NCBI GenBank assembly: GCA_964016885.1
Contig: OZ024740.1
Location: 245,706,001 to 245,770,000 of the forward strand
Length of the DNA stretch: 64,000 nucleotides
Origin: Eledone cirrhosa
Taxonomy: Eukaryota
Direction: 5' to 3'
Within the stretch, counting starts at the first letter, position 1, and the number at the start of each line of letters is the position of its first letter. The position numbers were made by a program, and so were the translations under genes. Below are positions 26,057-36,480 of this stretch, one piece after another. The notes under the pieces were generated by a model that worked only from the letters and a program-made list of their open reading frames with translations, searched no databases and was not told the origin of the DNA.

Positions 26057-27499
26057 CAATGTCGGACTGGAACCTAACACCACATCTAGCATCAAACACC
26101 AGAGACACACCCTATACTACATACCCAACACTAGCTGATCCATTATAACACAAACAACGACATCCCTCTGGAACCCTTCGCAGGGAAAATACCCATTTAT
26201 ACCTCTACGGCAGGTGTGACAACATCCACCCACCTGGACGGCACTACACCGCTCTAAGGGTAATTTGAGCATGAATTGATCGGTTGGATGGTGTTGGGCA
26301 GAGGAAACACCTTCCTTAGACAGATGTAAAATGATTTAATCGAGTAGCGCTGTTGACCAGTAGGACCGGGCTGCTGAGCGCAGTGAGTGAATGCAATGCA
26401 ACTGCCGTGCGGGTTGTACGTATATGGATGATCTGACGGTCAGAGAGGGGTCGCGAGGACTGCGGATTGACCTTTGGCCTGCCTGGGGACGATTATCTTT
26501 CGACATCCAATGTAGCAAGCGATGACCCAGATCTTACCAGAGATCATTGGGTCCTGAAGCAATCCTGCAATCACCGCGCCTGGTCATATGAGCAGACTAC
26601 AACCACAGAGATCATTAATTTAGAATCCTCGCTCATCATCTATAATTTCCATTTGTAGCACCTTAAGATGGGTTAATCCACCTTAATAATAATATGATCA
26701 CCTTCAGCATAATTTAGTTAAACTACTCTATAGTTAGTACACTTTATGCTTTAAAAGTCTCTCTTGGAAGGTGCACCTCACCATAGAATTTAGGGTCTAT
26801 ATTGGGACACATTTTAATGGCTAGATATAGAAACCCCAGAGTTACCTCCCCGCATGCATTAACTCCCCTTAGCCACACACACACTTCCGGTATTCAATGG
26901 CGTCTCTCGAAACGTAACAACCTCCTGTATCGAACTAAAGAACACCAGACTACGATCTCTAACTGGATTGTCGTGGATTATGTGAAAGGCATATAATCGA
27001 AATATACACTCCCTTGACCATGAAAATGCCGAAGTACATGAATTACTTGACATCCCTGCGCTGTGCATCTCCAATACTTATAACACCTTTAATGCTTGCA
27101 CTATCTTTAATGCTTATAATATTTCTCCACACACAGACTATATCAATCATATAAAGACTTTGCCACCAGATCTACCAACCTAACACTCTTATTTACCTAC
27201 CTAAGTGCCTCTACCACACATATCTCTCTGCCACACTATATAAACAAGACGCACATGCGTGCCACACATATAACATTTGCACTATATAACCACTTATCTT
27301 CATGTTGTACTTTAACCTATATCTTTGATTTTTGATTGTACCTATTAATATAAATGTAATCTCGAAGTGTGTACTGCCACTCTAAATTCTGTAATGAATG
27401 TTGACCCACAATGTTTGAATATGTATCAATGTTTGAATATGTATTGGTATGTCTCTCGGCTGAAAAGGAGGTCATATAACTGTCCATGCATTAATAAAT

Positions 27500-27546
27500 T
27501 GCTCCGAAGAATCCAAACCTCGGTTTGGAGGAAACAGCTGTAAGCA
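27500..27546 (+). ncRNA. Minimal hammerhead ribozyme, U4C core variant (inverted copy at 25477-25523, minus strand)
   Basis: TGCT-CCGAAGA-a-TCCAAAC ctcg GTTTGGA-g-GAAA-CAGCTG-TA-AGCA; palindromic stem III. Confidence 0.65.
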
Positions 27547-27825
27547 CAATAATGTTTTGAACAGTTCTTTGATTCTTATACTTCATATAACTGCTCTGTA
27601 AATCATCTGATGTTTTTACATTGAGCTACTTAACTTACTGGTAATAAGGTAGTAATACATCACTGACTACCACTATTTAGGGTGTGTGTAAAATACTTAC
27701 AACTGCTTAAGGTTTTGTGTTTACATAACCATAAATAGTATAACTAATACTATATATATATATATATATATATACATACATACATATATATATATATACA
27801 TACATACATATATACATACATACAC

Positions 27826-28330
27826 GAGGAAGAATATATTGAGACAGATGGCACTAAGGAATACTGGTGGAACCTGAAAATAAAAACTGCCACCAAATTA
27901 AAGCACAACCGGCCTGATATTGTAGTTTGGGACCACACATTGAAAACGTGTTCTGTTGTGGAGATCAGCTGCCCACTTGATGTAAACGTTGTCAGAAAAA
28001 TACAGGAGAAAGAGGACATCTACGGACCATTGATGAGGAGTTTGCAAATCCAGTATCCAAGATACACCTTTAGCTTCATACCCATCATTATTGGTGCTAC
28101 GGGTTATATACCAACCCGCTTGGACCAAAGTATGACTGAACTTGGATTTGCGGACAAAAAGCGCAGCTCCCTAATTCATAGTCTACAAATGGCTGCGATA
28201 GCTGGCACCTTCAAAATTTGCAAAACATTCTTGCGATTCAAGGGATGACAATTTCTTTTCTTTTACAACCTTGTCACCAGGAAGGTGGCCGGTCAAAAAA
28301 ATATACTCGAAATTAAGAGAAAGAGAAAAC
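27826..28330 (+). mobile_element. R4/Dong-like RLE 3' fragment
   Basis: EYWWNLKIKTATKLKHNRPDIVVWD...VVEISCPLD...FIPIIIGATG, open to the stop at 28248; between microsatellites. Confidence 0.8.
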
Positions 28331-28447
28331 ATATATATATATATATATACATACATATATATATATATACATACATATATATATACACATACATATATAT
28401 ATACACATACATACATATATATATATATACATACATACATATATATA

Positions 28448-29055
28448 TGGTGGATGCCAACTCGTTTTCGAGTATGGCCACTACTTTATATCCATGTAGG
28501 AGAACCCCTACCGATGCGCTGAACGAGTGTGACTTTTTAGTCCAGCCAGCGACTTAAAAACTGGCACAATCACTACACTTGTGACAATTATTGACACATA
28601 GTGTTGGGCCCATGGTACCACGTGATGACAAGTGCAGAGAGATCTCCAGATATAAAGCAATGCCTGTGCTGTGAAGCTTTTATAGTGAGCAAAGGCAATG
28701 CACAAAGCCAGTCCCACTCTCTTAACCAAGATGATATTTACCAAAAAGAAGAACAAGTCAACATCATTGGATACCATCAGGGTTGCAGGTGTTATATCAG
28801 AGTTTTCCTTCTCCTAGAATTCTGCCTTGACAAAGGCTAAGGGGTCATCTCTCCCGGTGATTTTAGATGGCCATTGACTCTTAAGAGCTCCTTTGCCCTT
28901 TTGACAGGTTTTGTTTTTAGTCCTGTAGGATGTCCAAAGTCACCCTCCTCACCAAGAAACCTTGGTGGGGTTGCCAGTTTAGTCGCCAACGACCCGACCA
29001 TGAGACAGGTTGTACTGGGATACATGTTACCAGTAGCACCAACTGGTGACCTGAC
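28448..29055 (-). mobile_element. Non-autonomous RTE-derived element, copy 2
   Basis: Direct sequence match to copy 1, with a longer 5' end. Confidence 0.7.
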
Positions 29056-29072
29056 ATATATACATACATACA

Positions 29073-29104
<32 letters not shown>

Positions 29105-29148
29105 CATATATATACATATATACATACATATACATACATACATACATA

Positions 29149-29706
29149 TGGTGGCTGCCAACTCGTTTTCGAGTACGGCCACTACTTTATATCCATGTAG
29201 GAGAACCCCCACCAATGCGCTGAACGAGTGTGACTTCTTAGTCCAGCCAGCGACTTGAAAACTCTGGCACAAATACCCCACTTGTGACCATTATTGACAT
29301 ATAGTGCTGGGCCCATGGTACATGTGATGACAAGTGCAGAGATATTTCCAGATATAAAGCAATGCCTGTGCCGTGAAGCTTTTATAGTGAGCAAAGGCAC
29401 TGCACAAAGCCAGTCCCACTCTCTTAACCAAGATGATATTTACCAAAAAGAAGAACAAGTCAACATCATTGGATACCATCAGGGTTGCAGGTGTTATATC
29501 AGAGTTTTCCTTCTACTAGAATTCTGCCTTGACAAAGGCTAAGGGGTCATTTCTCCCTGTGATTTTGGATGGCCATTGACTCTTAAGAGCTCCTTTGCCC
29601 TTTGACAGGTCTTGTTTTTAGTCCTGCAGGATGTCCAAAGTCACCCTCCTCACCAAGAAACCTTGGTGGGGTTGCCAGTTTAGTCGCCAACGACCCGACC
29701 ATGAGA
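29149..29706 (-). mobile_element. Non-autonomous RTE-derived element, copy 3
   Basis: Direct sequence match; 5'-truncated. Confidence 0.7.
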
Positions 29707-29751
29707 TATATATATATATATATATATATACATACATACATATATATATAT

Positions 29752-29782
<31 letters not shown>

Positions 29783-29799
29783 CATACATATATGTATAT

Positions 29800-29888
<89 letters not shown>

Positions 29889-30132
29889 TATATATACATA
29901 CATACATATATATATATACATACATACATATATATATATACATACATATATATATATACATACATATGTATATATATACATATATACATATATATATACA
30001 TATATATGTGAATATAGACATAGAATATTCGAAAATATTCTGTATGTTTATAATAAACATTTTGAAGACCTAATCGCTATAGAATAGAATACGTCACGTA
30101 TTACAATTAGATTCTCGATAAAAGCAAGGGAA

Positions 30133-30174
30133 GTAATCTACGCGTTTCATTCTTGTTAGAATCATCAGGACCAC
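30133..30174 (-). ncRNA. Minimal type I hammerhead ribozyme
   Basis: Minus: GTGGTC-CTGATGA-TTCT aaca AGAA-t-GAAA-CGCG-TA-GATTAC. Confidence 0.75.
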
Positions 30175-30441
30175 ATATCCAGTGCTTTTATCGAGAATGA
30201 CACAGCTAGAGACTTATAGAATACTTAGCTGTGTACAGGAACTGATTTGAAAGAGCGGTTGCCGGTCCGGCAGAAATTAGAAATTGGAATAAATGCTCTG
30301 AAATAGCGATATATATGTGAATATAGACATAGAATATTCGAAAATATTCTGTATGTTTATAATAAACATTTTGAAGACCTAATCGCTATAGAATAGAATA
30401 CGTCACGTATTACAATTAGATTCTCGATAAAAGCAAGGGAA

Positions 30442-30484
30442 GTAATCTACGCGTTTCATTCTTGTTAGAAATCATCAGGACCAC
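30442..30484 (-). ncRNA. Minimal type I hammerhead ribozyme
   Basis: Minus: GTGGTC-CTGATGA-t-TTCT aaca AGAA-t-GAAA-CGCG-TA-GATTAC; 6-bp stem I, GUA triplet. Confidence 0.8.
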
Positions 30485-30631
30485 ATATCCAGTGCTTTTA
30501 TCGAGAATGACACAGCTAGAGACTTATAGAATACTTAGCTGTGTACAGGAACTGATTTGAAAGAGCGGTTGCCGGTCCGATATATATACATATACATATA
30601 CATACATATATATATATACATATATATATAT

Positions 30632-30690
<59 letters not shown>

Positions 30691-30833
30691 TATATACATA
30701 CACATATACATATATATATACATACATATATATATACATATATATATACATACATATATATATACATATATATATATACATATATATATATACATATATA
30801 TATATACATATATATATACATATATATATATAC

Positions 30834-30900
<67 letters not shown>

Positions 30901-30923
30901 CATACATATATATATATATATAT

Positions 30924-30954
<31 letters not shown>

Positions 30955-31148
30955 CATACATACATATATATATATATATCTCCACCACTCCCCTACACAC
31001 CCTTTGAACTCTCTTCCCACACACTTTTCACCTGAAGAAGGTCTTATGCCCGAAACGTCGTTCCCCACCACCACCCCACTCTCAAGAGCGTGAAATTAAT
31101 AAACATTTGTTGTACTGCCTCTCTGTTTTGTTCCTGTTCAAATTTTCC

Positions 31149-31228
<80 letters not shown>

Positions 31229-31335
31229 CATATATATATACATATATATATACATATATATATATATACATATATATATACATACATATATATATACATA
31301 CATATATACATATATATACATACATATATATATAC

Positions 31336-31404
<69 letters not shown>

Positions 31405-31405
31405 C

Positions 31406-31442
<37 letters not shown>

Positions 31443-31465
31443 CATACATACACATATATATATAT

Positions 31466-31496
<31 letters not shown>

Positions 31497-31499
31497 CAT

Positions 31500-32016
31500 T
31501 ATGTAGATAAATCTACCAAGAGTTTACGGTAGTGTCCAATCCGTATGAAGAACTCAATGTATTCCGGATATCATGGAAAGAAGAGATGTAATGAAAAACC
31601 ACTTTCGGTGAAAGATAAACGGTATACAGAGTCAAGATAAAATATTAAACAAATAATGAATAAACAATTCCTTATATTAAACAAAAAAAGTTCATTATTT
31701 AACGATCGTTTCTAGGATATATATGTGTTAGAATTGGTATGCATATTCAACAGATCTATGTACAAAATTATACAAAATTATACAAATTATCAAGATTAAA
31801 TATACATACCAAACACATATATACGCCGTCTTCAGAAATAAATGGTATGTATATTTAATCTTGATAATTTGTATAATTTTGTATAATTTTGTACATAGAT
31901 CTGTTGAATATGCATACCAATTCTAACACATATATATCCTAGAAACGATCGTTAAATAATGAACTTTTTTTGTTTAATATAAGGAATTGTTTATTCATTA
32001 TTTGTTTAATATTTTA
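31500..32016 (-). mobile_element. PLE-like remnant with a perfect inverted repeat of about 174 bp
   Basis: 31638-31811 vs 31843-32016, with a 31-nt spacer containing CTGAAGA on the minus strand; (TA)n flanks. Confidence 0.7.
31695..31841 (-). ncRNA. Hammerhead ribozyme with a greatly extended stem II
   Basis: Minus: TTATTT-CTGAAGA-c GG cg TATATATGTGTT TGGTATG...CATACCA..AACACATATATA t CC ta-GAAA-CGATCG-TT-AAATAA. Confidence 0.65.
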
Positions 32017-32158
32017 TATATATATACATATATATATACATACATATATATATACATATATATATATACATATATATATATACATATATATATACATATA
32101 TATATACATACATATATATATATATATACATATATATATACATACATATATATAAATA

Positions 32159-32762
32159 TGGTGGCTGCCAACTCGTTTTCGAGTACGGCCACTACTTTAT
32201 ATCCATGTAGGAGAACCCCTACCGATGCGCTGAACGAGTGACTTTTTAGTCCAGCCAGCGACTTGAAAACTCTGGTACAAACACTACACTTGTGACAATT
32301 ATTGACACATAGTGCTTTGCCTTTGGTACCATGTGACGACAAGTGCAGAGAGATCTCCAGATACAAAGCAATGCCTGTGCCGTGAAGCTTTTATAGTGAG
32401 CAAAGGCAATGCACAAAGCCAGTCCCACTCTCTTAACCAAGATGATATTTACCAAAAAGAAGAACAAGTCAACATCATTGGATACCATCAGGGTTGCAGG
32501 TGTTATATCAGAGTTTTCCTTCTCCTAGAATTCTGCCTTGACAAAGGCTAAGGGGTCATCTCTCCCACTGATTTTGGATGGCCATTGACTCTTAAGAGCT
32601 CCTTTGCCCTTTGACAGGTTTTGTTTTTAGTCCTGCAGGATGTCCAAAGTCACCCTCCTCACCAAGAAACCTTGGTGGGGTTGCCAGTTTAGTCGCCAAC
32701 GACCCGACCATGAGACAGGTTGTACTGGGATACATGTTACCAGTAGCACCAAGTGGTGACCT

Positions 32763-32765
<3 letters not shown>
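32159..32765 (-). mobile_element. Non-autonomous RTE-derived element, copy 4
   Basis: Direct sequence match; same 5' end as copy 2. Confidence 0.7.
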
Positions 32766-32803
<38 letters not shown>

Positions 32804-32910
32804 GCATAAATATATATACATACACATATATATATATATATACATACATATATATATATATATACATACATATATATATATATACATACATATATATATA
32901 TACATACATA

Positions 32911-33710
32911 CTCAGATGGTGGATGGGTTCTACACAAGAATGCTGAGGATGGCTCTGAACATTAATCAGCATACACTGAGGATGAAAAACTCAGAGCTGT
33001 ATGGGAGCCTCCCAAAAGTCAGCTCAAAAGTAACACAGAGAAGACTGAGGTTAGCTGGACATGCTCACCAACATCCAGAGTTGACATTGCACTCAGTGCT
33101 CCTGTGGGAGCCCCTACATGGACATACTGGAAGAGGAAGACCAAGGTTAACATATGTTGATGCCCTAAGGACATGGCAGCGATAATGAGGGACAGAGACC
33201 GCTGGAGAGAACTCGTCCATGGATCTCGGGAATTTTACCCGCCCTAGAATAGAATACGTATGCAGTAGATGTACAGGGAAAGTGGCAGTAGTAATCGCAG
33301 TGATAGACACATTCTTTCAATGCAGGTGGGTTCTATAGAAGTGGTTGATAGCTTCCGGTACCTAGGTGATCAGATTAGCATGGGAGGGGGGGTGTTCCAA
33401 GGCCATAGTATCTAGAATAAGGACGGGTTCGAAGAAGTTTAGGAAGCTGCTTCCTTTGTTGACAAAGAAGGGTTTTCTTCCTGCATATAAAAGGACAGTT
33501 ATATGATGCCTGTGTGAGATGCGCGATGCTGCATGGTAGTGAGAGGTGGGCAGCAACTGCAGAGGTTATGCGACAACTGGAGGTAAATGAAGCAAGTATG
33601 TTCCATTGGATGTGCAATGTCAATGTGCGTGAACGACCAAGCATATACGAGTTGAGAAAGAAACTGGGTATAAGAGGGATAAGTTGTGGTGTGCAGGAGA
33701 GAAGGCTGAT
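32911..33710 (+). mobile_element. Joined RTE-type LINE fragments (RTEX-like C-terminus, then RTE post-RT region)
   Basis: [11 protein letters not shown]...RRLRLAGH...LLWEP...[10 protein letters not shown]; then VVDSFRYLGD and AMLHGSERWA...[14 protein letters not shown]. Confidence 0.75.
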
Positions 33711-33826
33711 ATATATATACATATATATATACATACATATATATATATATATATACATATATATATACATACATATATATATATACATACATACATATAT
33801 ATACATATATATATATATACATATAT

Positions 33827-33827
<1 letters not shown>

Positions 33828-33857
<30 letters not shown>

Positions 33858-34370
33858 ACGTTTAACGTCCGTGTTCCACGCTTGCATGGGTTTGGACGGG
33901 GGTATTCCCACTTGAGGCAAGAGTGGTTGTCTTGCTCGCATAGGACTGTCTGGCAGGTTTTCTACAGTTGGATGCCCTTCCTAACACCAACCACATTTAC
34001 AGTGTGGGTTTGGGAGGTTTTTACCGTGTTGCCTACACGGCCACATTACAGCGTGGATTGTGTGTTTTTTTGTCGTGACACCTACACGATCTCATTTGTT
34101 TCGGCCTGGATGGCGCTGCACCAACATAACTTTACATAGAACGGGGTGGTGTGGATGGGTTGGTGGTGGTGGGACGGGGTGTATTTTGTTAGAGATGCCT
34201 ACTGGCTGTAGTAGGTTTTACTATGTATTTAGGTAAGGCGGGTCTTCTCTGTTACTGAGTACCGCCAAAGGTCTCGGTCCAGTGACATTGTCTTGGAGAG
34301 GTGTAAGTGTGTGAGGTCGGAGTTTATCAGCTCGTCCCAGGTTTTTCTAGGTCTGCCTATTCCGTGGCTA
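33828..34370 (-). mobile_element. RTE LINE 3' end with (GAT)n tail
   Basis: GRPRKTWDELI; reverse complement of about 42515-43030. Confidence 0.85.
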
Positions 34371-34399
34371 CATACATATATATACATATATATATATAT

Positions 34400-35198
34400 A
34401 GTGTGTACTAAACGATGATGGCACACTTGCCATCACCGACGCTGATAAGAAGGTAGCTTGGAAGTGTCACTATGAAAGGCTACTAAATGAGGAGAATAAA
34501 TGGGAGAAAGACAGTCTCCCCCATATCGACCCAATAGAGGGACCAGCAGTCTTAGTCGAGGGGAGTATAATAAGTAAGGCAATCAAGGATATGAAGACGG
34601 GTAAGGCGGCTGGGCCTTCGGAAATAGTTGCTGAGATGCTGAAGGCATCTGGCACGGTGGGACACACCATGGTCACCCGCATAGTTAACCAAGTCATACA
34701 GAATGGGGTTGTTCCAAAGGACTGGCATAGCAGCATCATCGTTAACTGTTATAAGGGTAAAGGAGACGCCCTAGATAGGAGTAACTATAGAGGCATTAAA
34801 TTAATCGACCACGTCATGAAGGTCACGGAAAAAGTAATAGCACAACTAATCAGAGAGAGAATTGACCTAGATGAAATGCAGTTCGGGTTTGTGTCAGGCA
34901 AAAGTACCACAGACGCTCTTTTCATTGTACGACAACTACAGGAGAAGTACCTAGCTAAAGGTAAACCCCTCTACTTAGCTTTTGTCGACTTGGAGAAAGC
35001 CTTCGACAGAGTCCCCCGCTCCATTATCTGGTGGGCTCTTAGAAAACTAGGCGTTGACGAATGGCTTGTGAGAGCTATACAAGCCATGTATAAAGAAACA
35101 GTCAGCAAGGTTAGAATTAACAACGAATATAGTGAAGAGTTTAGCGTAAAAGTTGGCGTCCATCAGGGCTCTGTTCTCAGCCCCCTACTATTTATTAT
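34400..35198 (+). mobile_element. RTE LINE RT fragment
   Basis: KAAGPS, NYRGIKL, QFGF, FVDLEKAFDRVPR, GVHQGSVLSPLLF; cut by (TA)n. Confidence 0.92.
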
Positions 35199-35260
35199 AT
35201 ACATATATATATATACATATATACATATACATATATACATATATATATATAGATATAGAT

Positions 35261-36345
35261 AGGTAAAAATACACGGGTGTGTATGATTGTGTATAGAAGA
35301 TTATATTAATAAGAGGAATTCCAACTTTGTCTGATTTACTCGTTTTATTTACAATCCTTTAAAATATATAATGGTATTATAATGAAATAGTATGATAGAA
35401 TATTAAATTCTAAGTGTTAATTGAACAAGTACTTTCATGCTTTCGCAATCTTCAGGTTCATAATATGTGGTGACAGTCGAGTTTGCAATTTTCAACTGTC
35501 GATATGTTTGTGAGTATTGATTTATTATTTTTTAGATCGACACAGGCAGACTATATGTATTTGAATTAAGATATTTCATTCTAGCTATTTTATTGTCAAT
35601 TACAACAAAATCACGTAAGTGTTTATCATATATTAATTTATACTGCTCAGAAATGATTCTTAGAGCTAAAATAATTGTAAATGACCCCATTGAGTGTAAA
35701 CTCTAAGTTATATTATATTACTGGTCCCTCAGTTGAGTTGAATTTGTAATCCCATATAAACGGCTGTTATTTCTAGCACTATGAGTATGGGAGGCTAGAG
35801 GACCGGAATAATTTGTGTGCAAAACCTCGTGTATTTTCGCTACGTTAACCAGACCTTAGATATTTTTCCGAGGTGAAGTTACTTAATTTATCTGGGTACC
35901 TATTGATAAACACAGAAAATTAATTATCTCACTACTAATTAATTAATTATTCCACTATTATACCATCCTTTGTGAAACATGTTTAAATTTTGAAGTTCGG
36001 ACTGATCTGCGGAAAAAGTTTGTATTTTGAAATTTAAACGTGTCTAGGTACCAAGGCCTTTTGCCGATATGTGTTTGTGAGTATTGATTTATTATTTTTT
36101 AGATCGACACAGGCAGACTATATGTATTTGAATTAAGATATTTCATTCTAGCTATTTTATTGTCAATTACAACAAAAACACGTAAGTGTTTATCATATAT
36201 TAATTTATACTGCTCAGAAATGATTTTTAGAGCTAAAATAATTGTAAATGATCCCATTGAGTGTAAACTCTAAGTTATATTATATATATATACATATGTA
36301 TATATATACATATACATATGTATATAAATATATATATATATATAC

Positions 36346-36405
<60 letters not shown>

Positions 36406-36480
36406 GTATATATATATATATACATATGTATATATATATAATATAACTTAGAGTTTACACTCAATGGGATCATTTACAAT
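35261..36480 (-). mobile_element. PLE-like pseudo-LTR remnant
   Basis: About 220-bp direct repeat (about 35500-35720 and 36065-36285), a short inverted copy across (TA)n (about 36242-36290 vs 36430-36480), and a hammerhead motif. Confidence 0.6.
35422..35460 (-). ncRNA. Minimal (39-nt) hammerhead ribozyme
   Basis: Minus: TGAAC-CTGAAGA-t-TGC gaaa GCA-t-GAAA-GTAC-TT-GTTCA; perfect 5-bp stem I, GNRA-capped stem II, palindromic stem III. Confidence 0.8.

Larger units (their letters stand above)
25438..27750 (+). mobile_element. Penelope-like element, 5'-truncated, with inverted 5' pseudo-LTR segment
   Basis: 25438-25568 is the reverse complement of about 27455-27585; GIY-YIG C-terminal ORF; hammerhead-like motif in the repeat; inserted in (TA)n. 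Confidence 0.85.
30003..30579 (-). mobile_element. Tandem 309-nt repeat with one hammerhead per unit (PLE pseudo-LTR dimer or retrozyme-like)
   Basis: About 30003-30269 is repeated at about 30312-30579, nearly identical; (TA)n on both sides. Confidence 0.8.

Noticed and set aside
28965-29055. HDV-like ribozyme at the 5' end of the four-copy RTE-derived element
   Set aside because: CCAGT/ACTGG pairing, a small hairpin and CTAA are present, but no convincing P1 or P3 could be built.
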